Assembly: GCA_017619735.1 (NCBI GenBank)
Contig: JAFZRT010000029.1
Coordinates: 14,087 to 78,086, forward strand
Length of the DNA: 64,000 nucleotides
Reading direction: 5' to 3'
Source of the DNA: Clostridia bacterium
Lineage (GTDB): Bacteria; Bacillota; Clostridia; Christensenellales; CAG-138
The notes under the pieces are model-generated. The model was not told the DNA's origin and did no database searches. It worked only from the letters and a program-made list of their open reading frames with translations. Position 1 is the stretch's first letter; each line of letters opens with the position of its first letter. The translations under genes were made by a program, and so were the position numbers. Positions 40,436-50,400 of the stretch are shown one piece after another.

Positions 40436-41275
40436 TTATTTTTTCGCGATGCTCTTTTCGCCGATGCGGATGAGCATGACTATCGCCGGGCTGAGTATGA
40501 GGTTGATCGCAAGCTCGAGTATGAAGTTGAAGCCGACGAGGCCGACGATCATGAATGTCCCGACGTTGGTGCCGCCCGCCCATTCGCGGATGGTGTCCAT
40601 GAAGAAGAGCTTGCAGCCGAGAAGGAATATGCCCGTGTTGACGATGGGGCATATCGCAGCGGAAACGAATACCGCGGCGGAGACGTTGAGCGTGGGCTTC
40701 TTGATAAGATCGTAGGCAAGCAGCGCGGCTCCTGCGACGGCGAGTATTATGCCGATCACTATGAACGGGGTGCCGGGATGAGGATTAGCGGCTTCAGCGC
40801 TCCTGACAGCGGCCATAACGTCCGTGGGGAGCGTGCCCGCGTTCTGCTTTTCGCCGAAAATGATGCAGAATGCGCCGGCGCCGAGCATGAGCAGACTCGC
40901 AATGGCAAGAGAGAGCCGTCCGGTGGTCTCGTGACCGGAAAGGAGCTTGTAAACGAGGCCGGATACTGTGCCCGCGAGGATGCCCTTCGCAAGAACGGTC
41001 ACGACCGTGCCGAAGGGGTTGATCGTAAGGAACGTGTTCGCGTCTCCGGAAAGGAGGACGACCACGCCGAATACGAGACCGAGCCATGCGCCCGCACCGA
41101 TGCCATAGAGGGCGGCGCCGACTACTATGGGCATGAGGACGAGGGAAATGGAGAAAGTGCCGAACCTTATCGAAGCGCCGATGAACTGGAGCACAACGAC
41201 GATGGCGGTGAGAAGACCGAGGCCCACGAGCTTGTAGGTGTCGAATCCCCTGTTTGCGGAATTGGATCTGGTCAT
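40436..41275 (-). CDS. Polytopic membrane protein, ECF-transporter S-component-like (substrate unknown)
   Basis: 279-aa ORF. The N-terminal region (LVGLGLLTAIVVVLQFIG...SLVLMPIVVGAALYG) resembles ECF S components, with an extra central hydrophobic insert. Promoter TTTACA-17-TATAAT upstream. The leader is short, with no room for a riboswitch. Confidence 0.45.
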   Translation of the reverse strand: MTRSNSANRGFDTYKLVGLGLLTAIVVVLQFIGASIRFGTFSISLVLMPIVVGAALYGIGAGAWLGLVFGVVVLLSGDANTFLTINPFGTVVTVLAKGILAGTVSGLVYKLLSGHETTGRLSLAIASLLMLGAGAFCIIFGEKQNAGTLPTDVMAAVRSAEAANPHPGTPFIVIGIILAVAGAALLAYDLIKKPTLNVSAAVFVSAAICPIVNTGIFLLGCKLFFMDTIREWAGGTNVGTFMIVGLVGFNFILELAINLILSPAIVMLIRIGEKSIAKK

Positions 41276-41376
41276 AGTATGATTCCTCCGAAAATGAATT
41301 GGTAACGACAGGGCAATTATACAATTCGGCGGCCTGCTTGTAAACCGCTTTCTAAAGCATATCCAATATATTTCGG

Positions 41377-42030
41377 CTATTTAACCGGTTCGCAGATGAC
41401 GGTCAGCAGCTTGTCCGTCTTGGAGTATTTGAACTCCGCGAGCCGAATGCCGTAAACGAAGCTCGCTTTGGACGCGCCGCCGTCGGCTATCTGACCGAGA
41501 GCCGCAAGCACTTTGCTGCCCGCGTCCTCCGCATCGGGAGGCGTCTCGACCTGTTCGAGGCATAGCAGGATCTCGTCCGCTATCGCTTCGAGCATTGCGG
41601 TCATTTCATCCGTCCGGGATGGATCGGGAGTCGAGATGTCGGTGTTCTCGAACATGTCCTCCGTCGCCTCCGGTTCTTCCGGCAGAGCGAGAGTGCGGAC
41701 TATCTGCATGCAAAGTACGCCCGATCTGCAGTAGGCGCTCACGGTCGCGTAAGTCCCGTCTGCCGCGCTCTTGAAGGAAAGGGACGACATGTCCTTGCCG
41801 TCGGTGTACTCGCCGCCGAGCTTTTCGGCAAGGCCGTGTATCGCCGCGAAGCAGGGATCCTCCGTAGGGGCGGCGGGAGCGTCTCCCGCGGTCAGACCGT
41901 TCTTGCCGAAAACCGCGCAGAGCACGATAAAAGCGGCTACGGCCAAAACACAGACGACCGGTATCACGGTCCTCTCGAGCCGGAGGCGCTTTTCTATCTT
42001 TGCTTTTTCTCCGCTGTTCCTGTCAGACAT
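41377..42030 (-). CDS. Hypothetical membrane-anchored protein (217 aa)
   Basis: ORF with a single N-terminal TM (VIPVVCVLAVAAFIVLCAVF). No recognised motif. Confidence 0.45.
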   Translation of the reverse strand: MSDRNSGEKAKIEKRLRLERTVIPVVCVLAVAAFIVLCAVFGKNGLTAGDAPAAPTEDPCFAAIHGLAEKLGGEYTDGKDMSSLSFKSAADGTYATVSAYCRSGVLCMQIVRTLALPEEPEATEDMFENTDISTPDPSRTDEMTAMLEAIADEILLCLEQVETPPDAEDAGSKVLAALGQIADGGASKASFVYGIRLAEFKYSKTDKLLTVICEPVK

Positions 42031-42078
42031 TGTTATCGGGAAAAGGGCGCGCAGCCGAGCCGCGCGCCCGCTTTAACG

Positions 42079-44487
42079 TCATATGACGACTACGTTCACT
42101 ATGTTGCGGATCGCGATGAACTTCTTTAAGGTCTTGCCCTCGATCCACTGGGCAAGATCGGGATTCGCAAGCACGAGCTCTTTGAGATCGTCCGGCGATA
42201 TATCCGCGGGAACGGTCATCTTCGTACGGAGCTTGCCGTTGACCTGTATGCCGAGCTCCTGCTCGTTCTTGACGAGAGCCGCCTCGTCCCACTTGGGCCA
42301 CGCGGCCTTGTAGATGGGCTCGAAGCCGAGCATCTCGTTCATCTCCTCGGCGATATGCGGCGCGAACGGATCGAGCAGTATGAGCAGCGTCCGCATCTCG
42401 TCGCGCGTAATGCTTCCGTTCGAATAGATCTCGTTGACGAAGCTCATCATGCCGGCGATGGCGGTGTTGAACTTCATGCGCTCGATATCCTCCGTCACCT
42501 TCTTGATGCAGGCGTGGAGCGCGGCGCGCATTTCGGGACGTTCGCCCTCCCCCTTCACCATGTCCGTCATACGCCAGACGCGGTCGAGGAATCTGCGGCA
42601 GCCCATAACGCCGGTGGTCGACCAGGGGATAGTCTGCTCGAAGGCGCCGATGAACATCTCGTAAAGTCTGACCGTATCCGCACCGAGGTCGCGGCAGAGG
42701 TCGTCCGGATTTATGACGTTGCCGAAGGACTTGGACATCTTGCGCCCGTCCTCCGCAAGTATCATGCCGTGGCTCGTGCGCTTGAGATAGGGCTCGGGAC
42801 AGCTGACAACGCCGATATCGTAGAGGAACTTATGCCAGAATCTCGAGTACAGCAGATGCAGCGTCGTGTGCTCCATGCCGCCGTTGTACCAATCGACGGG
42901 CATCCAGTAATCGAGCGCTTCCTTGGAGGCCAGCTCGTTGTCGTTGTGCGGGTCGCAGTAGCGCAGGAAATACCAACTCGAACCCGCCCAGTTGGGCATG
43001 GTGTCGATCTCGCGCTCGGCGGGCGCTCCGCATTTCGGGCAGGTGGTGTGGATCCAGTCGGTCGCCCTTGCGAGAGCGGAAGAGCCGTCGTCGGCGGGCT
43101 TGTAGTTGTCGATCTCCGGCAGGGTCAGCGGGAGCTGATCCTCGGGGATGGGCACCCAGCCGCAGTGTTCGCAGTAAACGAGGGGTATCGGCTCGCCCCA
43201 GTAGCGCTGACGGGAGAAGAGCCAGTCGCGCAGTTTGAAGTTGGTCTTCTTGTGGCCTATCCCCTTTTCCTCCAGGAAGGCGATGATCGCCTTCTTGGCC
43301 TCTTCGACCTGCATGCCGTTGAGGAAGCCGGAGTTCACCATGACTCCGGTCTCGCAGTCGGTAAACGCCTCCTTTTCTATATCGCCGCCCGCGACGACCT
43401 CGATTATGGGGATGCCGAATTTCTTCGCGAACTCCCAGTCCCTCGTATCGTGACCGGGGACCGCCATTATGGCGCCGGTGCCGTAGCCCATGAGCACGTA
43501 ATCGGAGATCCATACGGGTATGGGCTGACCGGTGCAGGGATTTATAGCGTAAACGCCCTCAAGGGGCACGCCGGTCTTTTCCTTTGATAGCTCGCTGCGT
43601 TCGAAATCGCTCTTGTGGGAGGCCTGCTCGCGATAGGCAAGCACGGCGTCCATGTTCGTTATGCGGTCCTTCAGAGCTTCGACAAGGGGATGCTCGGGAG
43701 CTACGACCATGTACGTCGCGCCGAAAAGCGTATCCGGCCTCGTAGTGTAGATCTTCAGCCCCTCGGGATAGCCGTCGATGGCGAACGTGACCTCCGCGCC
43801 GGTGCTGCGGCCGATCCAGTTGCGCTGAGTGGATTTTACGCGCTCGATGAAATCGACCTTGTCCAGATCGTCGATCAGCCGGTCGGCATAGGCGGTGATC
43901 TTCAGCATCCACTGGCTCCTGACCATGCGGATAACCGGCGCGCCGCAGCGCTCGCAGGTGCCGTCGACGACCTCCTCGTTCGCAAGGCCGACCTTGCAGG
44001 AGGTGCAGAAGTTGATGGGAAGCTCCGCCTTATAGGCAAGCCCCTTTTCGAAGAGCTTCAGGAATATCCACTGCGTCCACTTGTAGTATGCGGGATCCGA
44101 GGTATAGAGCTCCCTCGAATAGTCGAAGCTGAGGCCCAGCATCTGCATCTGACGGCGGAACACGGAGATATTGCGCTCCGTGACCTTCCTGGGGTGCTCG
44201 CCGGTCTTTATCGCGTAGTTCTCCGTGGGCAGACCGAAGCTGTCATAGCCGATCGGGAAGAGCACGTTGTAGCCCTCAAGCCGCTTTTTCCTCGCTATGA
44301 CGTCGAGCGCCGTATAGGGGCGCGGATGCCCTACGTGAAGTCCCGCGCCGCTCGGGAACGGGAACTCGATAAGCGCATAGTACTTGGGAAGAGAATGATC
44401 CTCCTTCGCCTCAAAGCAATGCGCTTCGTTCCATTTTGACTGCCATTTCTTTTCGATGGCGATATGGTCGTACCTGTCTGCAGCCAT
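42079..44487 (-). CDS. leuS: Leucine--tRNA ligase
   Basis: Start moved to ATG 44487 (AAGGAGAAGAAT ATG). MAADRYDHIAIEKKWQSKW, the HIGH variant (GLHVGHPRPY) and KMSKS are present. The track's 17 extra codons run into the T-box terminator. Confidence 0.95.
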   Translation of the reverse strand: MAADRYDHIAIEKKWQSKWNEAHCFEAKEDHSLPKYYALIEFPFPSGAGLHVGHPRPYTALDVIARKKRLEGYNVLFPIGYDSFGLPTENYAIKTGEHPRKVTERNISVFRRQMQMLGLSFDYSRELYTSDPAYYKWTQWIFLKLFEKGLAYKAELPINFCTSCKVGLANEEVVDGTCERCGAPVIRMVRSQWMLKITAYADRLIDDLDKVDFIERVKSTQRNWIGRSTGAEVTFAIDGYPEGLKIYTTRPDTLFGATYMVVAPEHPLVEALKDRITNMDAVLAYREQASHKSDFERSELSKEKTGVPLEGVYAINPCTGQPIPVWISDYVLMGYGTGAIMAVPGHDTRDWEFAKKFGIPIIEVVAGGDIEKEAFTDCETGVMVNSGFLNGMQVEEAKKAIIAFLEEKGIGHKKTNFKLRDWLFSRQRYWGEPIPLVYCEHCGWVPIPEDQLPLTLPEIDNYKPADDGSSALARATDWIHTTCPKCGAPAEREIDTMPNWAGSSWYFLRYCDPHNDNELASKEALDYWMPVDWYNGGMEHTTLHLLYSRFWHKFLYDIGVVSCPEPYLKRTSHGMILAEDGRKMSKSFGNVINPDDLCRDLGADTVRLYEMFIGAFEQTIPWSTTGVMGCRRFLDRVWRMTDMVKGEGERPEMRAALHACIKKVTEDIERMKFNTAIAGMMSFVNEIYSNGSITRDEMRTLLILLDPFAPHIAEEMNEMLGFEPIYKAAWPKWDEAALVKNEQELGIQVNGKLRTKMTVPADISPDDLKELVLANPDLAQWIEGKTLKKFIAIRNIVNVVVI

Positions 44488-44489
44488 AT

Positions 44490-44750
44490 TCTTCTCCTTA
44501 ACAAAAAATAAGCCCGTCCCCCATAGGAGACGAAGCATGATTTACTCCGCGGTACCACTCCGGTTGATGCTTGAAAAAGCACCCGCTCGATCCGGTTAAC
44601 GCCCGGCTGCGCCCTCCCTATCGGAATGACCCTCGGCAAGGGGGCTCCGCGGCGAGCTTCGATACAGACTCCAACCGTCTTGCACCGACCGACGGCTCTC
44701 TTGATGCGGGTCCGATACCTACTTTTCCGCTTCACTGCCTTTATTTGGTT
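44490..44750 (-). promoter_or_regulatory. T-box leader (tRNA-sensing riboswitch) of leuS
   Basis: Minus strand carries the T-box sequence AGUGGUACCGCGG (44547..44559), followed by the terminator CGUCUCC-UAUG-GGGGACG plus a U-run (44504..44538). AGAGA-like element in stem I. A CUC (Leu) triplet at 44654..44656, preceded by GAAG, is the candidate specifier. Confidence 0.8.
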
Positions 44751-44756
44751 CGGTCT

Positions 44757-44785
44757 ATTATAAAACCTCGATCGCGGAGTGTCAA
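44757..44785 (-). promoter_or_regulatory. Consensus sigma-A promoter of the leuS T-box leader
   Basis: Minus strand reads TTGACA (44785..44780), exactly 17 nt, TATAAT (44762..44757). Confidence 0.7.
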
Positions 44786-44832
44786 GTGCATTTTCGATAA
44801 AAAAGCGCCGGTCGCCCGACGCGGTCGTGTTT

Positions 44833-45387
44833 TCAGTTCTCCATCTGCTTCCCCATAAAGCCGGCGGCGGTCTCGCAGACCTTTATCTCCGCCTGACCGA
44901 ACTCGGCCCCTTCCTCACGGGAGAGCAGCAGCACCGCTCCGATCGGATCGCCGGCGGAGATTATCGGTATCACTATTTGCGCGGTATACCTTCCGCCATC
45001 GTCGTCCGCCGTCACGGGAAGCAGGTCCTCCCCCGCCTTCGCGCTGGCGCAGACCCTCGTACGGTCGTGCATGAGCTGCTCTATCGCCTCGTTCACGGGC
45101 CGGTCCATGAGCTCCCTTTTCCCCGCGCCAGATACGGCTATCACCGTATCCCTGTCGCATATCGCGGCGATATGACCTACTGACTGATGTATCGATTCCG
45201 CGTATTCCTTCGCGAAATCTCCGAGCTCCCCTATGGGCGAATACTTCCGCAGTATAACGCCGCCCTCGCGGTCGACGAATATCTCAAGAGGATCGCCCTC
45301 CCTTATGCGGAGCGTGCGCCTTATCTCCTTGGGGATCACCACGCGTCCAAGCTCGTCGATCCTTCTCACTATCCCTGTTGCTTTCAT
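44833..45387 (-). CDS. spoVT: Stage V sporulation protein T (AbrB-type N-domain plus GAF-like domain)
   Basis: 184-aa ORF. MKATGIVRRIDELGRVVIPKEIRRTLRIREGDPLEIF is the SpoVT/AbrB swapped-hairpin domain. C-terminal GAF-like sensor domain. Confidence 0.85.
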   Translation of the reverse strand: MKATGIVRRIDELGRVVIPKEIRRTLRIREGDPLEIFVDREGGVILRKYSPIGELGDFAKEYAESIHQSVGHIAAICDRDTVIAVSGAGKRELMDRPVNEAIEQLMHDRTRVCASAKAGEDLLPVTADDDGGRYTAQIVIPIISAGDPIGAVLLLSREEGAEFGQAEIKVCETAAGFMGKQMEN

Positions 45388-45416
45388 AACGTTCTCCTCG
45401 CGTTTTATTCTGCATC

Positions 45417-45446
45417 TATTATCCCATGCGTCGGGCTGAATTATTC
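45417..45446 (-). promoter_or_regulatory. Tentative forespore (sigma-G/F-type) promoter of spoVT
   Basis: Minus strand reads GAATA-N18-GATAATA, close to the GnATA-N17/18-CATAnTA pattern. Eye match only. Confidence 0.3.
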
Positions 45447-45462
45447 TTTACAAATCTTTTAC

Positions 45463-45513
45463 TTGACATATTGCGGGGCGGCTTATATAATTGTGCTTAT
45501 CAGATAAGCACAA
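45463..45513 (+). promoter_or_regulatory. Consensus sigma-A promoter with abutting 23-bp perfect palindrome (operator of YtrA-type module 2)
   Basis: TTGACA (45463..45468), 17 nt, TATAAT (45486..45491). This is immediately followed by TTGTGCTTATC-A-GATAAGCACAA (45491..45513), with 11-bp perfect arms. RBS AAGGAGG before ATG 45528. Confidence 0.65.
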
Positions 45514-45527
45514 TCAAGGAGGATAAA

Positions 45528-46391
45528 ATGAGTCTGCTCACTGTGAAGGGATTGACGAAGAGTTATCCCGGATTTACGCTCGACAAGGTATCCTTCTCCA
45601 TAGAGCCCGGCTATATCATGGGCTTTATAGGCAGGAACGGCGCGGGCAAGACAACCACCATGAAGGCGATGCTGAACCTTATAAAGAAGGACAGCGGCGA
45701 AGTGCTCTTCGACGGAAGGGACTATTTCGAAAACGAGATGGAATGCAAGCAGCAGATAGGCTTCGTCAACGGTGAGTTCAGCTGCTACCTCAAGTCAAAG
45801 CTCAGGACTATCGCGGACGTCACCATGCGCTTCTACGACGAATGGGACGAGGCGCTATACCGCGAATACCTCAGAAGGTTCGACCTTGACGACAACAAGC
45901 GGGTGAGCGAGCTTTCGGCAGGCATGCGTGTCAAGTTCGCGCTTGCTCTCGCGCTGTCGCACAATGCGAAGCTCCTCATACTCGACGAGCCCACGAGCGG
46001 GCTCGATCCCGTCTCCCGCGACGATCTTCTGGACGTGTTCCGCTCCGTAATAGAGGACGGCCGGCACAGCATACTCTTCTCCACGCATATTATTTCCGAC
46101 CTCGAAAAGTGCGCCGACATGATCACCTATATCAAGCATGGAAGAATACTGGCTTCCTGCGACGTCGAGAGCTTCAAATCGGGCTATCTGCTCGTATCGG
46201 GCGAATCCGCGGATCTTGCCGAAGCCGGCAGTTATCTGTTGGGCGTCAAAAAGCACGCGTTCGGTTTCACCGGGCTCATTAGGGCGGAGGACGCGGAGCG
46301 CGCAGGCGGTCTCAGGACCGCTCCCGCCGATCTTGAATCCATCATGATCTACATCGAACAGGAGGCCGAAAATGAAGGATCTGCTCTATAA
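45528..46391 (+). CDS. ABC transporter ATP-binding protein
   Basis: ATG 45528 (the track start 45426 is inside the promoter). Walker A GRNGAGKTT, signature LSAGMRVK, Walker B LLILDEPTSGLD. Confidence 0.9.
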   Translation: MSLLTVKGLTKSYPGFTLDKVSFSIEPGYIMGFIGRNGAGKTTTMKAMLNLIKKDSGEVLFDGRDYFENEMECKQQIGFVNGEFSCYLKSKLRTIADVTMRFYDEWDEALYREYLRRFDLDDNKRVSELSAGMRVKFALALALSHNAKLLILDEPTSGLDPVSRDDLLDVFRSVIEDGRHSILFSTHIISDLEKCADMITYIKHGRILASCDVESFKSGYLLVSGESADLAEAGSYLLGVKKHAFGFTGLIRAEDAERAGGLRTAPADLESIMIYIEQEAENEGSAL

Positions 46392-47055
46392 GGAATACCG
46401 CCTCTGCATGCAGCCCATAGTCTACATATTCTTCGGCTTCGTGCTGATGCTGCTCATACCGAGTTACCCCTACACTATCCCCTGCTTCTTCATCGGTAAC
46501 GCGATATTCAATTCGTTCCAGGTGAGCGTCGGGAACAACGATTCGCTGTTTACCGCGATGCTGCCCATCGCCAAAAAGGACGTAGTAAAGGCGAAGCTGT
46601 TCTTCATAATAAGCATACAGCTGATAATGCTCCTCCTCTATGTCCCCATGATCGCGCTGAACAACGCCCTGTACGACGGCTGCAACAACGCGGGCATCGA
46701 CGCGTGCCCCGCGCTTATCGGCTCCTGCTTCGTGCTCTTCGGCCTTTTCAACGTCACCTTTCTCCCCTGTTTCTACAAGACGGGCTACAGGACCGGACGC
46801 GCTTTCCTGATATCGACGATAGTCGTATTCGCATGGATCGTTCTTTCGGAGGGCTTCTTCATCGCCGCCAGAGCAGCAATGGATCAGGCGCCCCTGTTCA
46901 ACTGGATCGAGACGCATATCGACTGCAGGGCGGAGACAGGAGCGCAGTGGTGCGCTCAGCTGATCTACACTGCGGTTGGCGCTTTGATCTGGGCTGCGCT
47001 GTCTAGCGCAGCTTTGGTCAGATCCGCAAAGGCCTTTGAGAAGGTGGACGTGTGA
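46372..47055 (+). CDS. ABC-2-type membrane (permease) protein
   Basis: 227-aa hydrophobic ORF overlapping the ATPase gene by 20 nt. RBS CAGGAGG. Confidence 0.6.
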   Translation: MKDLLYKEYRLCMQPIVYIFFGFVLMLLIPSYPYTIPCFFIGNAIFNSFQVSVGNNDSLFTAMLPIAKKDVVKAKLFFIISIQLIMLLLYVPMIALNNALYDGCNNAGIDACPALIGSCFVLFGLFNVTFLPCFYKTGYRTGRAFLISTIVVFAWIVLSEGFFIAARAAMDQAPLFNWIETHIDCRAETGAQWCAQLIYTAVGALIWAALSSAALVRSAKAFEKVDV

Positions 47056-47420
47056 TGCGCCTGTCGGTACTGCAAAACAGTCCGATACCGGCATATAAGC
47101 AGCTGTACGATCAGATATTCGCGCAGATAATCTCCGGCGAGCTCGAAACAGGGGCGGCGCTCCCGCCCATCAGAACGGTTTCGAAGGAGCTCGGGATCAG
47201 CGTTATCACGGTCAGGAGCGCGTGGGACGCCCTTCTCTCGGAAGGACTGATAGAAACGCGCGCCGGGAGCGGCAGCTTCGTAGCTGAGCTCAGCCGCGCG
47301 GAAAAGGAACGTCTCCGCCGGAAAGCCCTGCAAAAGCCGCTGTCGGAGCTCGCGTCGGCCGCAAGATCGCTCGGGTTCACCGCCGCAGAGACCGCGGAAA
47401 TGGTAAAGGATCTGCTTTGA
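47052..47420 (+). CDS. GntR-family (YtrA-subfamily) transcriptional regulator
   Basis: 122 aa. PAYKQLYDQI...LPPIRTVSKELGISVITVRSAWDALLSEGL is a GntR wHTH. The start is GTG 47052 or ATG 47055 (overlapping the permease TGA). Confidence 0.85.
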   Translation: MMRLSVLQNSPIPAYKQLYDQIFAQIISGELETGAALPPIRTVSKELGISVITVRSAWDALLSEGLIETRAGSGSFVAELSRAEKERLRRKALQKPLSELASAARSLGFTAAETAEMVKDLL

Positions 47421-47432
47421 AAACAAATGAAT

Positions 47433-47461
47433 ACGCCGCGCTTTTATGCGCGGCGTTTTTC
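47433..47461. terminator. Bidirectional terminator (GntR gene / polC)
   Basis: ACGCCGCGC-TTTTAT-GCGCGGCGT followed by TTTTTCG. Confidence 0.75.
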
Positions 47462-47471
47462 GTTGTCATGT

Positions 47472-50400
47472 TCAAAAGCTGAACTTTATCTGATCCGTAT
47501 CGGGGAGCCCGCTGAAGCAGCCGAGGGCTTCGAGCTTGTCCATTATGCTCGTATTGGCTTTAGTGCGGATGGCGAAATCCTCCTTGGAGGAGTACTCGCC
47601 GTCCTTCGCGGCGCTCTCTATGAGTACGGCCACGTTCTCGCCGAGACCTGCGACCGCGGTGAACGGCGGACGTATCTTCCCGTCCTCGACGGTGAACGTC
47701 TTCGCCTTCGATTTGTAGAGATCGAGAGGCAGCAGATCGAAGCCGCGCATGTTCATCTCGGCCACGACCTCGAGTATCGTGATGGCGTCCTTCTCCTTCT
47801 GGTCGGGCTTGTCCTTGGACTTCAGCATCTTCAGGTTTGCCATTACGTTGTCAAGGCCGCCGCGGCAGAGCTCGATATCGAACGTGTCTGCCCTGACGGT
47901 GAAATAGACGGCGTAGAACTCGAGCGGATAATGCACCTTGTAATACGCTATGCGGAAGCTCATCATTACGTAAGCGGCCGCATGCGCCCTCGGGAACATG
48001 TATTTGATCTTCTTGCAGCTGTCGATGAACCACTCCGGAACGTCTATGGAGCGCATCATCTCCTCCATCTCGGGCTTCAATCCCCTGCCCTTTCGGACGC
48101 TCTCCATCGTTTTGAACGACAGGGACGGATCGCCGCCCTTGGAGATGAGGTAGTTCATGATGTCGTCGCGCGTGCAGATGACCTCCATAAGCGTCGCGGT
48201 GTGATTCTGCACGAGAAGCTGGGCGTTGTTCGTCCAGACATCGGTGCCGTGGGAAAGTCCCGCTATCCTGACGAGCTCCTCCATCGTCGTGGGACGGGTC
48301 TCCATTAGCATACCGCGGACGAAGCCCGTGCCGAACTCCGGTATCGCGAAGGAGCCGACGTCCGCGCCGAGCGGCTTGAGACTGACCTTCAGCGCCTCGT
48401 CCGTGCGGTAGATGGACATGGTCTCCGGATCGTCGAGCGGGATCGAACGCGGATCGAGGCCCGTCAGATCCTTCAGCATCCTGAGCGCCGTCGGATCGTC
48501 GTGCCCGAGTATGTCGAGCTTGACGAGCTTGTCATCCAGCGCGTGGAAGTCGAAATGCGTGGTGACGCTCCCGCTGTCGTTCTTGTCGGCGGGATGCTGC
48601 ACGGGGCAGAAATCAAATATCTCGTAGTCCTCGGGGACTATTACTATTCCTCCGGGATGCTGACCGGAGGTCTTTTTGACGCCCAAACAGCCCTGTACAA
48701 GGCGGTTTATCTCGGCCTCGGACTTCTGCAGGCCGTTATCCTCGCAGTAGTGCTTAACGTAGCCGTAAACGGTCTTGTCCTGCACTGCGGAAATGGTGCC
48801 CGCACGGAAGGCGTGGCCTGCGCCGAACATCTCCTCCGTGAAGTGATGCGCGACCGGCTGATACTCGCCGGAGAAATTGAGGTCGATATCGGGCGTCTTG
48901 TCGCCCTTGAAGCCGAGAAATACCTCAAACGGGATGTCGTAGCCCTCCTTTTTGAGCTTCGTGCCGCAGTTGGGGCAAAGCTTGTCGGGCAGGTCAATAC
49001 CGCAGCGGGAGGTCGCGTCGGAAACGAATTCGCTGTATTTGCAGTTGGGACATAGATAGTGCGGCGGAAGCGCATTTACCTCCGTGATGCCGAGCATCGT
49101 CGCGACGAAGGACGAGCCGACGGAACCACGCGAGCCGACGAGATAACCGTCGCCGAGGGATTTGGAGACCAGCTTCTGCGCAACCATATAGAGCGACGAA
49201 TAACCGTTGCCGACGATGGATTTGAGCTCCTTGTCGAGTCTCGCCTGAACTATCGGAGGGAGCGGATCGCCGTAGCGGCGATGCGCCTCGCCCATCGTCA
49301 TGCTTTCCAAGATCTCTTTGGCGTTGGGGAGTTCGGGCGAATACGTAAACTTTTCGTCGAGGAACGGATGCAGCTGTTCGCCGCAGTGGTCGGCAATGAT
49401 GCCGGGATTGGTGACGACGACCTCCTTTGCCCTGTCCGCTCCGAGATATGCAAACTCCGCGAGCATCTCCTCGGTAGTGCGGAAATACAGCGGCGTCATG
49501 CGCATCGCGTCCTTATATCCCTGCGAATGAAGCAGTATAGAGCGGTAGATCGCGTCGTCCGGCTCGAGGAAGTGCACGTCGCACGTGGCGACTGTGAGCT
49601 TGCCGAGCTCGTCGCCAAGATCGACTATTCGCTTGTTGTACGCACGCAGATCGTCCGCGGTGAGTTTCGATCCGTCGGCCTCGACCATGAACATGTTGTT
49701 GTCAAGGGGCTGTATCTCGAGATAATCGTACCAGCCGGCGATACGGCGGAGCTCTTCATCTCCGGCGTTTCGGACGACCGCGCGGTAAAGCTCGCCCGCT
49801 TCGCACGCGGAGCCCAGAAGTATGCCTTCGCGGAGCATGTTGAGCAGGCTTCTCGGTATGCAGGGGCGTTTGAAATAATACTGCAGATGCGAGTAGGAAA
49901 CGAGCTTATATAGGTTCTTGAGGCCGGTCAAGCTCGTTGCGAGCAGTATGATGTGGAAGCGCTGGAGCTTCTTGTAATCGGGGAAACGCCTGTCCCAATA
50001 GGATATCCCGTGAACGTTCCTCTCCTTGAGCTCGTCGATCAGCGCTGAGATGAGCTCGCGCAGCTCCTCGGCGTTCTGCTCGGAGGGCCTTTCCGGAACG
50101 GACTCGTATCTGCCGGAGATCGGCGCACATCCGCTCTCCATGCTGTAATCCTTTATGTCGAGATGCGCGTTGAGCTCGAGCTTGTTGAGGTCGACGTATT
50201 CGAAAGGCACGTCCTCCTCTCTTTCGAGCACGGACGCGAGCTCATTGAGCGTGTTCTCGTTGTAGGCGGCCAGTACAGACCCCTCGGCAAAATCGAGCAG
50301 CATCCTTACGGCTTCCGCCGGATCGGGAGCATTTCCCGTTAGGGATTCGGGTATCGAGCAGTTTTCGACCGCCCATCCGGGAGCAGACGAGCCGGGATCT

